A stretch of 64,000 nt of DNA from Candidatus Binatia bacterium (GTDB lineage Bacteria; Desulfobacterota; Binatia; HRBIN30). The notes under the pieces were generated by a model, which did not search any database, was not told the origin of the DNA, and saw nothing but the letters and a program-made list of their open reading frames with translations. A program made the position numbers and the translations under genes. The DNA lies in assembly GCA_038245295.1 (NCBI GenBank), contig JBBRSP010000004.1, positions 128,001 to 192,000 on the forward strand, read 5' to 3'. Shown here one piece after another: positions 39,253 to 50,088 of this stretch (positions are counted from its first letter, which is position 1; each line of letters begins with the position of its first letter).

Positions 39253-40948
39253 GACGCTGCAGACCGGTGCGTGTCGAAACGACGAACACTCCTACAGTGA
39301 GTATGAGGGCGGCTACCAACGAGGCCACGGCCCAGGAGATCTCGGTGGAGGATGTCGTCGCGTCGGGTAGTCGGCTGGTGAAGAACACGTACACCGGCCA
39401 GGCCTCGAGCGTCACCACGATGCCGATGAAACTCATGCACAAAATCATAAAGATCAGCCCGCCGACACCGGCGGCGACCTTGTTGGCATTGTCGGCGTCG
39501 AACTTCGGGTACGTGGCGCCTACCGCGAGACCGAGCGCCACGATGGCGATCGTCATCAGGAATAACGTTGCCGTCGACAACAGCATCATCTGCGGCAGCA
39601 CGTTCAGATAGTAGTTCGTCGCGATGATCAGGATTTGCCCCAGGACGACGAGCGGGATGAGGGCGACCCAGAACTTGCTCCACCACAGCAGGGATAGCGG
39701 CATCGGCGCCGTCTTGGCGATCCAGAAGGACTTTCCTTCCAAGCTGATCGCCGGGAACACGAAACGCACCGCAACCGACGAAACCACGAACGACGCCAGC
39801 GCCAGGTTGAGGAACGAAATTACATTGCGGAAGTAGAACGTCGCCAGCGGTGAGCCTTGCATCGGCAGAACACTGAAGTTGTAGACGTAGACCACGATCA
39901 AGGCGGCGAGCAGGATCAGCTGAGACCATTGGCTGGTGTCGCGGAAAAACGTCTTGATCTCTTTCAACATCAGCAAGCGCATCTTGGCCGGAAACGGCAG
40001 GAGCAGGGCTCGAAACAAGCGCTCCCACAAGGCTTGCTGCGTAATCCGGGCCTTGCGTCCCTCTTGCGCCTTGCTCCAGCCACCAAGGAAGACGCGTGAC
40101 AGCAAGCGCTCACACAGGATCGTCAGGCTCGCAGCCGTGGTCCACAACAGGGCGAAGTAGAACAGCGCGCCCGCGCTGGCTTCGCCGGTGGCCAGTGGAT
40201 GCAGGATCTCCGCCACCCATGTGCTCGGCAACCAAGGCGTCGTCGGCGTCCGCATCGCCGTTAAATACTGAATGAAGTCGGCGAAACCTTCCGGTTTTAC
40301 CAGCCTCTCCGGCTGCAAGACCCGCAACGAGGTGTAGAGAATAGCCAGCGCAACGAGAGACAAGAGAATCAGGATGTCGCGCGCCCGCTTGGCCGGAAAA
40401 ACGTTCACCAGCGTCGCCGTGATGGCAATGCCGATCGCCGCGGGAATGACGATGAAGGGCGGCAACGTCAACGCGGTCATCATATAGAATGACACCCCGG
40501 CGCCGTGCGCGATCCCATACGCCAGAAACGCCGGGATCGTGAAAGCCAGAATCATCCAAGAGGACTCGATCATGGTGTCGGTAAACCGCGCCGCAAAGAA
40601 CACGGTAGGCGGGATCGGCGCACTTACGAGACGATCGAGCTCCTTCGACAAGAAGAATGTCGATAACGCCGCAACGATGTTCGAGAACAACAGGATGGAA
40701 AAGAACGTCAGCAGAATCATTCCCAACAGCTTGTACGTCAGGATGGTGCCGAAGTCGGGCATGCTGAGGAAGTAGGTCAACACACGCCAGAAGAAGACCG
40801 CAATTGCGGTCGTAAACAGCCCCCCGAGGCCCATGAGGAACCACATCCCGAGACGACCGCGGCGATCGAGACGTTGGGTGCGATTGCGCACGGCGGCAAA
40901 ACGCGGCCACAGCAACAGCTTCCATTGGCGAATGCTGTCGGCTGTCAT
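39233..40948 (-). CDS. Putative ABC transporter permease (about 12 TM)
   Basis: Many hydrophobic segments; KEIKTFFRD and SLEGKSFW motifs; coupled to the upstream ATPase gene. Confidence 0.85.
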   Translation of the reverse strand: MTADSIRQWKLLLWPRFAAVRNRTQRLDRRGRLGMWFLMGLGGLFTTAIAVFFWRVLTYFLSMPDFGTILTYKLLGMILLTFFSILLFSNIVAALSTFFLSKELDRLVSAPIPPTVFFAARFTDTMIESSWMILAFTIPAFLAYGIAHGAGVSFYMMTALTLPPFIVIPAAIGIAITATLVNVFPAKRARDILILLSLVALAILYTSLRVLQPERLVKPEGFADFIQYLTAMRTPTTPWLPSTWVAEILHPLATGEASAGALFYFALLWTTAASLTILCERLLSRVFLGGWSKAQEGRKARITQQALWERLFRALLLPFPAKMRLLMLKEIKTFFRDTSQWSQLILLAALIVVYVYNFSVLPMQGSPLATFYFRNVISFLNLALASFVVSSVAVRFVFPAISLEGKSFWIAKTAPMPLSLLWWSKFWVALIPLVVLGQILIIATNYYLNVLPQMMLLSTATLFLMTIAIVALGLAVGATYPKFDADNANKVAAGVGGLIFMILCMSFIGIVVTLEAWPVYVFFTSRLPDATTSSTEISWAVASLVAALILTVGVFVVSTRTGLQRLSELQP

Positions 40949-41706
40949 GCGCGCAACGCAGACACTACTTCGGCAACGTCGTCGTGACCGGTGAGCTTCA
41001 AAAAGATCGACTCGAGATTCGAATCAGCGCGACTGCCGGCGTGTTTGCGTAACTCGTCCATGGTACCGACAGCCCCGAGGGTCCCGTGATCGATGATGCC
41101 GATTCGATCACAGGTCTCCTGCGCCACCTCAAGGCTGTGCGTCGACATGAAGATGGTCACTCCGGTGCGGGCCAGACTCCGAAACGTACGCTTGAGGAGA
41201 CGTGCACCGCGTGGATCGAGTCCAACCATGGGTTCGTCGACGATCAAAATTCGCGGCGCGTGAATCAACGCCGCCGCCATGACGAGTCGTTGCTTCATGC
41301 CGTGCGAATACGTCTCCACCAATTCGGTAGCCCAGTCGGTGAGGTCAAACATCTCGAGCAATTCGCCGCGACGCGAGGCAATCTGCGCCGGCGGAACGGC
41401 ATACAGGCCGGCGGCGAACTCGAGGAATTCACCACCCGTCAGCTTCTCGTAGATGTGCGGACGGTCGGGAACGAAGCCGCACAGTTGTTTGGCCTCTTCG
41501 GGCTGCCGCGCCAGGTCGTAGCCGGCAAGATGGACCGACCCCTCCGTCGGGCGCAGCAGGCCCATCATCATCCGGATGGTTGTCGTCTTACCGGCGCCGT
41601 TGGGCCCCAAGCAGCCGAAGATCTCGCCTGCCGGCACCGTCAGCGACAAATCTTTCACCGCCAGCATCGAGCCGTAGCGTTTGGACAAATGTCGCAGTTC
41701 GATCAT
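40945..41706 (-). CDS. ABC transporter ATP-binding protein
   Basis: Motifs [17 protein letters not shown] and VDEPMVGLDP. Confidence 0.93.
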   Translation of the reverse strand: MIELRHLSKRYGSMLAVKDLSLTVPAGEIFGCLGPNGAGKTTTIRMMMGLLRPTEGSVHLAGYDLARQPEEAKQLCGFVPDRPHIYEKLTGGEFLEFAAGLYAVPPAQIASRRGELLEMFDLTDWATELVETYSHGMKQRLVMAAALIHAPRILIVDEPMVGLDPRGARLLKRTFRSLARTGVTIFMSTHSLEVAQETCDRIGIIDHGTLGAVGTMDELRKHAGSRADSNLESIFLKLTGHDDVAEVVSALRA

Positions 41707-41764
41707 GATGGAGTGCCGCTCCGCGCCGTCATGCAACCTCCGCGGTGATCCGCTCCGTGTTGGT

Positions 41765-42040
41765 TCACGGTTTTGGAAAGACCTGCAAGAATGGTTTGAC
41801 TTCCACGTGGTTGAAGATGCCGTTCGTCACGTACGGATCGCGCGCCACGAGTTGCCAAGCCGCTTCGCGCGACTCGACATCGACGACGATCAGGCTGCCG
41901 GTACCGTCCGTGAACGGACCGGCCAAGAGAAGCTTTCCTTGGTCTGCAAGCGGCTGCAGATGCGCCAGGTGCGCTGGCCGAACGCCGGGACGTTTTTCTT
42001 TTCCATCCGGCGCATCATGGCCGACGATCACAAATAACAA
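41765..42040 (-). CDS. YciI family protein
   Basis: AGGAGG then TTG; motifs RPAHL, LLAGP, GSLIV and DPY. Confidence 0.88.
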   Translation of the reverse strand: MLFVIVGHDAPDGKEKRPGVRPAHLAHLQPLADQGKLLLAGPFTDGTGSLIVVDVESREAAWQLVARDPYVTNGIFNHVEVKPFLQVFPKP

Positions 42041-42113
42041 ACCTACCTCCTGCTGCGGCCCCGGTCGGGAAACACACGCCGCGGGTTGCACATATCGCGT
42101 TTGCTTCTAGCCT

Positions 42114-42494
42114 ATGGCGGCAATGGCGGACAAGCATGACGCGTTGGAATCCGTACCGGTGGCGATCGAGGCGGTCGCCATGCGCATCGATGAACTGGTC
42201 AACGTCTTCGGCCCGGCGGCGCGCCCGTTGCTCGAGAGCGTCGGCGAGGGGTTACGCCGCGCCATGGCCAGCCGTGACCGTGGCGATCGGGCCCAGGCGT
42301 TGCGCGAGATCGGCGGCGCCATGGATCGGTTGGCGCAGCTTGCCGACAGTCTGGATCCCGCCGAAGCGATGATGATGCGCGCCGTCGCACAAAGCTTTCG
42401 CACCGCCCTTGGGCGCGGCGACGAGGCGCGAGCCAAGCACGACGCCGCGGCGATGTTGCAGCGCTCCGGTGCCGTCGAAAGGAAGAAGAGCTAG
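42114..42494 (+). CDS. Hypothetical all-helical protein
   Basis: 126 aa with amphipathic helical composition; fills the gap between divergent genes. Confidence 0.65.
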   Translation: MAAMADKHDALESVPVAIEAVAMRIDELVNVFGPAARPLLESVGEGLRRAMASRDRGDRAQALREIGGAMDRLAQLADSLDPAEAMMMRAVAQSFRTALGRGDEARAKHDAAAMLQRSGAVERKKS

Positions 42495-42553
42495 AGCCAG
42501 CTCGGGCGGTCATCCTTGTTTCCGCCCAGGCGCTCAGGCAAAGCTCGCCGTCG

Positions 42554-44164
42554 TTGAAGACTTCTCGTCCAAGCGGCGCCGTCGGCGGCCACGATCTGAG
42601 GACACGCCTGCGCTGGTGTGCCGTGCTGGCGTTTTATTGTTTCTTGCGCCTACGCGTGCTCGATGTGCCGCTCGAACGCGATGAAGGTCTCTACGCGACG
42701 ATTGGCAACGCCATCCGACACGGCGATGTGCTCTATCGAGATATCTTCGATCACAAGCCACCCGGGTCGTTCTACATCTTGGCGCTGGCGACGGCTCTCA
42801 TACCGCCAACAGTCCTTGGCCTACATGGCTTCCTGCTGCTGTGGAACCTGCTGACCGGCCTTGCCGCCGCCTCGGTGGCAGGCCGCCTCATCGACGCCAG
42901 CGCCGCGTTGTGGACCTTCTTCTTCTTCGCGATTGCCAGCAGTTCCCCATCGGTCGAAGGTTTCGCCATTACGAGCGAGATGCTTCTGCTGTTGCCCTTA
43001 ACCCTGTCGCTGCGCCTGGCACTCACCGCATACGATGCCTCCGCGGGCCCAACCCGGCTCTTTTGGTGGCTGGCCAGCGGCGGCCTCGCCGGACTGTCGT
43101 TCTGGATCAAACAACCCGCCGCATTGGCCGCGTTCATCGTGCCACTGACACTGGCGGTTGTGACGTGGAAGCAGAAGACTCGCGGAACCGCCGCGATCGG
43201 CTTCTGGCTGCTGGGCGGTGCCTTGATGTCCGTCGTCGTCGTTCTGCCCTCACTCTGGTGCGGAGTATTGGGCGAGTTTTGGTATTGGTCCTTTCAACAC
43301 AGCCTGTTGTACTCGCAGCTCGAAGTCACTGACTGGATGGGCCGAATCTTCGGCCATGTCATCAACCTCGGCCGCGATGTCGGGATGCTCGTGTTGATCT
43401 CCTTCGGCGGCGCCGCCGTCGCCCCCCGCACCGAGCGCCCGCTGGCGTTGTTGGCACTCGCCTTCCTGGGGCTATCGGTTGTCAGCGCCTTCCATTCGCC
43501 TTTTCTATACCTCCACTACTTCGCCCTGTTGGTGCCGGCATTGGCGATCGCCGCCGGATGTGGAGCCACATGGCTCGTCGCGCGCACCACACGGATCGAC
43601 AACCGTGTCGGCGCGGCGTCGGCGGCTACCCTGGCTCTTTTCACCCTCGGAGCACCCATGCTGGAGCGCTCCTGGTACTGGTGGAACCCGAACCCCAATA
43701 CGGTCATCCACCGCAGCCTGGGTATCCAGGGATTCGAATCCAGTGCCATGCTGGCGGACTACATCCACGACCACACTGCCGACCACGAACGAATCTTCTT
43801 CTACGGCTCGGAACCGCAGATCTCGTTTCTCGCACAACGCCGCGACATCAATCCATTCGTCATGGTGTACCCGCTTACCTGGCCGTGGCCACGGCACCGT
43901 GAATTCCAGGAACGGGCGTGGCGCGAGTTCGTCCGACAGCGACCAACGTATTTGCTCCTGTCACATTCTCCGTTCAGCCTGGTACGCTCGCCGCTAGTGG
44001 ACCCTTTTCTGGAACAGCAACTGACGGCGGTTGGCCGGCGCGAGTACCACTTCGAGGCAGCGGCGATGCGCGATGCCGACGGCGCCATCACGCTGCGCTT
44101 CGTGCCGCCAAGCGCCGCCGAGCAGCAATCCATCTTCTGCGAGATCTGGCGCCGCAACGACTGA
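42554..44164 (+). CDS. GT-C membrane glycosyltransferase (ArnT/PMT, GT39/GT83-like)
   Basis: ERDEGLY and LYRDIFDHKPPG motifs; multiple TMs; IKQP. Confidence 0.85.
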   Translation: MKTSRPSGAVGGHDLRTRLRWCAVLAFYCFLRLRVLDVPLERDEGLYATIGNAIRHGDVLYRDIFDHKPPGSFYILALATALIPPTVLGLHGFLLLWNLLTGLAAASVAGRLIDASAALWTFFFFAIASSSPSVEGFAITSEMLLLLPLTLSLRLALTAYDASAGPTRLFWWLASGGLAGLSFWIKQPAALAAFIVPLTLAVVTWKQKTRGTAAIGFWLLGGALMSVVVVLPSLWCGVLGEFWYWSFQHSLLYSQLEVTDWMGRIFGHVINLGRDVGMLVLISFGGAAVAPRTERPLALLALAFLGLSVVSAFHSPFLYLHYFALLVPALAIAAGCGATWLVARTTRIDNRVGAASAATLALFTLGAPMLERSWYWWNPNPNTVIHRSLGIQGFESSAMLADYIHDHTADHERIFFYGSEPQISFLAQRRDINPFVMVYPLTWPWPRHREFQERAWREFVRQRPTYLLLSHSPFSLVRSPLVDPFLEQQLTAVGRREYHFEAAAMRDADGAITLRFVPPSAAEQQSIFCEIWRRND

Positions 44165-44268
44165 GTGGGGATCGAACGGCAAGCCGCCCGCTGCACACGA
44201 GCGGCGGCTCGCCCGGCTTGCCATTCACGACAGGCCGTGGTTCGTGCCAATCGGAGGGAGAAAACACT

Positions 44269-44652
44269 ATGGCTCTAGTTGCGACGGTCACCATGCTCGC
44301 TGTCCTGGAATACTTCGCCTTCGCGATGCTGACGGGACGAGCCCGCATCACCTACAACGTTGCGGCGCCGGCGACCACCGGCCATCCGATCTTTGAACGC
44401 TACTACCGGGTGCAACAAAACAGTCTCGAACAACTCGCCGTCTTCCTGCCCAGCCTGTGGCTCTTCGGCTCGTATATCAACGCGTCGGCGGCGGCCATCC
44501 TCGGTCTCGCCTTCATTGTTGGGCGCCTCCTCTATTTCCGCGGCTACGTCGAGGATCCGAGCAAACGCGGAACCGGCTTTGCCATCGGCCTCGTCGCCAC
44601 GGTCATCCTTGCTCTAGGAGCCCTGGGCGGCGCTGTGATCGCGGCACTGTAG
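44269..44652 (+). CDS. MAPEG family protein
   Basis: GGAGGGAG upstream; APATTGHPIFERYYRVQQNSLEQ and GRLLYFRGY. Confidence 0.9.
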   Translation: MALVATVTMLAVLEYFAFAMLTGRARITYNVAAPATTGHPIFERYYRVQQNSLEQLAVFLPSLWLFGSYINASAAAILGLAFIVGRLLYFRGYVEDPSKRGTGFAIGLVATVILALGALGGAVIAAL

Positions 44653-44654
44653 CC

Positions 44655-46451
44655 GGCGATCGCCCCGCCAACGCAATCAGCGCGATGAGCGCCCAGAATG
44701 TGAATTAGACCTCACGCACGGTGAGCGGATCCTGCGCTAGAGAAGCAACCATCAAGGCGAAAATCCCCAAGGCGGCAGCCGTCGCCGTGCGACGGTGCGA
44801 CGCGATTGCGCGATCAAGCGCCCGACGGGTCTCGAGCAGAATCGCGCCGACAAGCGGCACGTGGCTGAACAGGCCAACCACGCCGATCTCGCTCAAGATC
44901 TCGAGGTAGAAATTGTGGGCCGAGGTCCAGAAGGGCATTGTCGACCTGTGCGCATGTGGATTCAGGCTGGTGTCGAAACGCGGGTGACGGATTACGAAAT
45001 CAAGCCGCGCCCGCGGCGAGGCCGGCCGGGTCAGCAGCAGTTGCGTCACCGACCAACGCTATTCGACGGGAATCGGTCCCCAGCCGCCAGTGGTACTTTC
45101 AATCGTGTCACCGGCCAAGGCGTCGAGGTGCTCGAAGTTGACCATACCACTCGCGTTCACCCAACGATCGAGCTTGGCACCAACGCCGATCCCGGAATCG
45201 TTGCCGCCGGCTCCGGCCGCAACGATTCCGCCGGGCGGATTCAACTTCCATAACGAGAAACGGCCGATACCGATCCCCAGAAGCAGCCGCTCGCGCCATA
45301 ACGCCACGCCACGCCGCCAATACACCACTCGGTCGGCAAGAATGTCATTCGCCGGCCGACGCAGGTTGAGAGCCATCAAGGCCACATCACCAACACTGGC
45401 CGCCCGTGAATGGTCGATGTCGCGCCGCAGATCCAGACTGGTCACCACTGCCAGGCTAGCACCCGCCAAAGCCACGGCCCCCAAGCAGGCGAACAACGCA
45501 AGGCGCTGGCGCCGGGGTGAGGCCGCCAAGCCAAGACGTTCCGGGTTCTTCCAATACAGACCGGCCGCAACTACCCCACTCGCGAAGGTCCCGACCCAGC
45601 CCGAACGCGAGGCGGCGCTCGTTATGGCGAAGGCGAGCAACAGGCCGGTACTCGCCAGCCACACATGTCGGTATCGACCACGCCAGGCCAAGCAAATCGA
45701 CTGAGGCAAGAGCAGACCGAGATACGCCGCCAGCGTATTGTTGTCCGGCCAGGTCGACGTGATGCGAAACAACAACGGGTTTCCGTGCCCCGGCATGGGC
45801 CCCGGCGCAAAATGCCAGACCGATTGTGCAACGCCGATCACGGCACAGGCGAGGACGCCGGCAAACAACGCCGACTCGAGATCGCGCAAGCGGATCCCCA
45901 AACCCGGCGCACGCAACGCAAACCACCACAGCGCCGCCTCACTGAAGACAAGTGTATGGCGCAGGACCACAAATCGATCGCCGGGAAAGGCGGCGAGCCT
46001 GGGAGCGAAGTACCACCGCAAAGGCTCGGCGAGAAAATCCGAAACGCCAACACCAACATCACGATATTCCATCAGCACGGTCAGGAAGGAGCTCGCTACG
46101 ACCACAACGAAGATCGTCTGGCTGAGATCAATCGGCGAACACTTGCCGCCTGGATGGCGCCAAAGGGCGCGCACCATCAGGGGTGGCAAAGCGCCAATGA
46201 GGAGATGCTCCGACAACGAAAGACCATCGCGCTCGAGACCGGCTCGTGAAACAATCGGTAGCAATGGTGCGCAAACGACAATCAGCTGAACGGCACGACG
46301 CGGTGCCACGATGGCGAGAGTCATGGCCCCACCGAGCAAACACCAACGCAGCCCCCCCGTATGCGGCGCCGGATGCCGCCCATGCCGCCGCACCGAGCAA
46401 TGCCACGGCGATGAACAGGAGGAACCCCTAACTGATCCGTGCGAAGGTCAC
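44655..46451 (-). pseudogene. Decayed O-antigen ligase / Wzy-like membrane protein
   Basis: NTLAAYL, SRSGW, RVVYW...LLGIGIG and AHNFYLEILSEIGVVG. Interrupted by TAG 46428-46430, a frameshift at G7 46352-46358, TAG 45059-45061 and TAA 44705-44707. Confidence 0.8.
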
Positions 46452-46687
46452 CGACCGCGGTCGACTACGCCAACCATCTGCCCAACGCAACTCAGGCCCC
46501 GGCGCCCATTGTTCGCAGGTTCGCGAAGCGGACAGATCAATTTGTCGTCGGTGGGACAGGCAAGCCGAGAGCTGCGACACGCCGTGAGGTTCGGACCTTC
46601 CGGCATATGGGTTGCTGATCTGCCTAAGTATGGATGAGAGTTGTTGCGGCGAGGTCCGCGGCAACACTCACGTGGGAGGTACTTCCG

Positions 46688-47173
46688 ATGTTCAAACGAA
46701 TTCTTGTCCCCGTAGACTTCTCTGATTCAGCCCTACAAGCACTCGACTACGCGATCGACCTTGCCAGAAAATTTAAGGCCGAGCTGGTGGTCGTGCACGT
46801 CTTGGAACCCGTCTACTACCCAGGCGCCGGCGATATGTACGGGGTCTACGACATGAGCTCGGCGTATCGCGAGATCGAGCGCGCCGGCCGCGAGCAATTG
46901 GCGCATTTAGCAAGCCAGCTGCGCGCCAAGCGTCTCTCTGTCCGCACGCTCCTGCTGGTGGGCTCCGCGCCCTATGCGATCGCGGAAGCGGCGAAGAAGC
47001 AGAAGGCCGATGTGATCGTCATGTCGACACACGGGCGCACCGGGTTGGCGCACGTGCTCCTCGGTAGTGTCGCTGAAGGAGTGCTGCGCACGGCTACCTG
47101 TCCTGTACTGACGGTGCGGCGCGGCAAGTCGACCAAGAAGGCGGCGCAGCGCCGCACAGGGAGTAAGAAATGA
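46688..47173 (+). CDS. Universal stress protein
   Basis: GGGAGG upstream; FKRILVPVDFS, MSTHGRTG, LLGSVAE and CPVLTV. Confidence 0.93.
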   Translation: MFKRILVPVDFSDSALQALDYAIDLARKFKAELVVVHVLEPVYYPGAGDMYGVYDMSSAYREIERAGREQLAHLASQLRAKRLSVRTLLLVGSAPYAIAEAAKKQKADVIVMSTHGRTGLAHVLLGSVAEGVLRTATCPVLTVRRGKSTKKAAQRRTGSKK

Positions 47174-47709
47174 AGACCAACGACAAAGCTACGATCCGCA
47201 GCCTCAGTCGCAAAGGGGCAAAAAGCGGCAAGAGCGCCACACGAGCCGGTCACACCGCTCCCGAGCATGATCCCAGCGTCTGCAAACGGTGCGGCGCCGT
47301 TTTTACGCGACGCACCTGGCGCCGTGACCATCGTCTGACCCACGGCGTCCTCACGAACACCGCCTGGGTCGTGTGTCCGGCGTGCGAACAGATCAAGGGT
47401 GAAACCTATAACGGACGCGTCATCGCCCGCGGGGCCGGGGTGGCTGCCAAAGAGGCCGCCATCCACAAACGCGTGACCAACGTGTCGGCACGGGCCGAGT
47501 TTACTCAGCCGGAGCATCGCCTCGTGTCGATCAGCAGCGAAGGGGCGACCATCGAGATCCTCACGACTTCCCAGAAACTGGCGCATCGCGTCGCCCACGA
47601 GCTCAAGAAAGCGTTCGGTGGCAGGACCACGTATACCTGGTCTGATCGTGACGGATCGCTCCTCGCCACCTGGATGTACAGTGGCAGCGCCGTCAAGCCG
47701 GCTCGCTAA
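47170..47709 (+). CDS. BCAM0308-like CxxC zinc-ribbon protein
   Basis: CKRCGAVF...W...CPAC and TTSQKLAHR motifs; ATGA overlap with the USP gene. Confidence 0.7.
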   Translation: MKTNDKATIRSLSRKGAKSGKSATRAGHTAPEHDPSVCKRCGAVFTRRTWRRDHRLTHGVLTNTAWVVCPACEQIKGETYNGRVIARGAGVAAKEAAIHKRVTNVSARAEFTQPEHRLVSISSEGATIEILTTSQKLAHRVAHELKKAFGGRTTYTWSDRDGSLLATWMYSGSAVKPAR

Positions 47710-47963
47710 GGCTCGGACCGACCTTGGCGAGCCACAAGGGTTCCCGCCCCTCTGACGCGGCGTCGGCGAACGGTAATGTAGGAAGTGCGAAAAGGGACGT
47801 CTCAACTCTTGGAACTCAGCTCCGACAGCTAGCCTTACCCGTGCGCATCGAGGTTCGGCACCTGTCTGGCAGGGGATTTGCGAAACACTCTGCAGTCAGT
47901 GGATCAAGAATGGAAGGGGGATCGGACGATGAGAGTCAGCCAAGTAATGAAGCAGGGCGTGTG

Positions 47964-49955
47964 CTACAACCCGAAGGGATAGGTATCTGGCACGCCGTGA
48001 ACCTCGGGCCCGGCCAGTGGCACTACCGCGCGGGTTTCATCGAACCATACATACTCGTCGAACTGCATGGGCAACACGGCCTGGAAGTAGTGGCTCGCCA
48101 ACTCCGTCTCAGGTCGGTAGATGACGCCGATGGCGCGTTCGAGACGCGCGTGGCTAAGCTCATCCCGAACTTCGGGCCGTCGCGGCCGGCGTAAGGCGAG
48201 CAGGAACGCCTCGACCGAGGAGTCATGGCACAGGCGCTCGTAGCTATCCGCATGGGCCGGCCTTATGTGCTTCACCTCCATCGGCGCGTCCCAGTCACTT
48301 GCGGCCGCCACAGTCCCGTGGTCGGTTCCAAAGCCGACGAGATAGGCAGCCTCGCCAAAAGCTGCACGCGCCAACTGTCCGACATTCAGCTCGCCACGCG
48401 CCCCCATCTCCGTCGCCTTGGCATTGCCAACATGCGAGTTGTGTTCCCAGATAACCGCCTTCGCCGTCGGTCCGCGGAACGCGAGCAAGAGTTGGAGCGT
48501 CTCGAACATGTGCTCATCACGCAAGTTCCACGACTCGCGTGAGCCGTAGTACATCGTCCGGTAGTAGCGTTCGGCATTGGCGACGAGATGCGCGTTCTGC
48601 AATCCGTCGAGATAACACCCGCCGTCGGCCCGCTGGTACTCCAGCCGCTTGTCGAGCATATCACGCAGCATTGCGACGACCTGTTCTTCGCAGCCACGGT
48701 ACGAGCCGCTGACGACGGCGCGGCCATAGGCGGCCGGATCGCTCTGCCAAGGTGTGAGGGAGCCGTACCGTTCGCGCGCCACCACGGCGGCGGCAGGGTC
48801 GACGCGATCGAGGTAGCGCAGCACGGCGGCGATCGAGGTAAAGAGACTGTAGAGATCGAGGCCATGGAAACCGGTGCGGCGCTCCGGCTCGGCAAGGCTA
48901 GCGTTGTGGTCGCGCAGCCAATGCACGAACTCGGCAACTTCGCGATTGCGCCACATCCAGGTTGGAAAACGCGTGAAGGCTTTCCAGGGTACGAGTGGGG
49001 TGTCGAGGTGGCGCACGTAGTGATCAACCCGTGCCGCGTCGGGCCAGTCGGCCTCTACGGCAACCAAGTTGAAGCCGCGGCGCTCGATCAGCTCACGCGT
49101 GATGCGCGCTCGCATCCGATAGAACTCCGACGTCCCATGTGTCGCTTCGCCGAGCAGGACAACTCGCGCCTCGCCGATACGCTCGAGTAGCGCGTCGAGA
49201 TTGGCCGCCTCGATACTGTCCAAGGGCTCAGCCGCCTCACGTACCAGCTTGACGATGCCCTCGGGCCGGCTGACGCTGGGTCGACTCGTGCCCCCCGACT
49301 GCCCCGAGTCCTCCCAGCCTTCGGCTCCAATCAGCGGCACGAACCGCACACCGCCGAGGCTCTCGCGCGTGAAATGCCCACTGCGACGGCACACACGAAT
49401 CAACTCCTGGTCGCGTGGCGTCGAACCGATGGGAATCACCAGACAGCCACCGTCCGCCAGTTGCTCCAGGAGCGGGCCCGGCACCTCAGGCCCACCGGCG
49501 GCGACGACAATCCCATCGTACGGTGCGTGCTCTGCCCATCCGAGTGTCCCGTCACCATGCAGCACCCGCACATTCGCGTACCCAAGCACCTCAAGCCGGC
49601 TCTCGGCCGCGGCCGCCAGTTCGGCGTGGCGCTCTATCGTATAAACTTCCGCGGCGATCCGGCTGAGTACCGCGGCCGCGTATCCCGAGCCCGTTCCGAC
49701 CTCGAGAACCCGACCGTGCGCCTGCAAACCCAACGCTTCGAGCATGAGAGCGACGATATACGGCTGCGAGATCGTCTGCCCCGTTTCAATCGGCAACGGC
49801 CCGTCCTCGTAGGCAAATTCTGCCAGCTCACCGGCAATGAACTGCTCGCGTGGCACGGAACGCATCGCCGCCAAAACCACGGGATCGCGAATCCCGCGGG
49901 CGACGAGATGTGTCTCTACCATGCGCCCACGTTCGGCAATTCGATCGTCCATCAT
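47964..49955 (-). CDS. pcm: Protein-L-isoaspartate O-methyltransferase fused to an erythromycin-esterase-family domain
   Basis: GQTISQPY, VLEVGTGSGY and VRFVPL, followed by LLGEATHG, EADWPD, WEHNSH and ERAIGVIY. Confidence 0.9.
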   Translation of the reverse strand: MMDDRIAERGRMVETHLVARGIRDPVVLAAMRSVPREQFIAGELAEFAYEDGPLPIETGQTISQPYIVALMLEALGLQAHGRVLEVGTGSGYAAAVLSRIAAEVYTIERHAELAAAAESRLEVLGYANVRVLHGDGTLGWAEHAPYDGIVVAAGGPEVPGPLLEQLADGGCLVIPIGSTPRDQELIRVCRRSGHFTRESLGGVRFVPLIGAEGWEDSGQSGGTSRPSVSRPEGIVKLVREAAEPLDSIEAANLDALLERIGEARVVLLGEATHGTSEFYRMRARITRELIERRGFNLVAVEADWPDAARVDHYVRHLDTPLVPWKAFTRFPTWMWRNREVAEFVHWLRDHNASLAEPERRTGFHGLDLYSLFTSIAAVLRYLDRVDPAAAVVARERYGSLTPWQSDPAAYGRAVVSGSYRGCEEQVVAMLRDMLDKRLEYQRADGGCYLDGLQNAHLVANAERYYRTMYYGSRESWNLRDEHMFETLQLLLAFRGPTAKAVIWEHNSHVGNAKATEMGARGELNVGQLARAAFGEAAYLVGFGTDHGTVAAASDWDAPMEVKHIRPAHADSYERLCHDSSVEAFLLALRRPRRPEVRDELSHARLERAIGVIYRPETELASHYFQAVLPMQFDEYVWFDETRAVVPLAGPEVHGVPDTYPFGL

Positions 49956-50088
49956 GGCCCTCAGCGGAGCAACAACTCTGCCAATGCAACGCTGACACCC
50001 CAACCGAATTGAGCCAAGCGGCGTTTCCTAGAGCTGCGATCAAGCGCACCGAACGCCCCCCGTAGAGGCCAGGCCCCGCCGGCTGCGA

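Noticed and set aside
11696..46430. Amber recoding suggested by three in-frame TAG codons in broken genes
   Set aside because: The same genes also carry frameshifts and a TAA, TAG ends many intact genes here, and no pyl genes are present.
47964..49250. Erythromycin resistance gene (ere)
   Set aside because: The domain is fused to Pcm in a chromosomal stress context with no mobile element; family membership does not show resistance.
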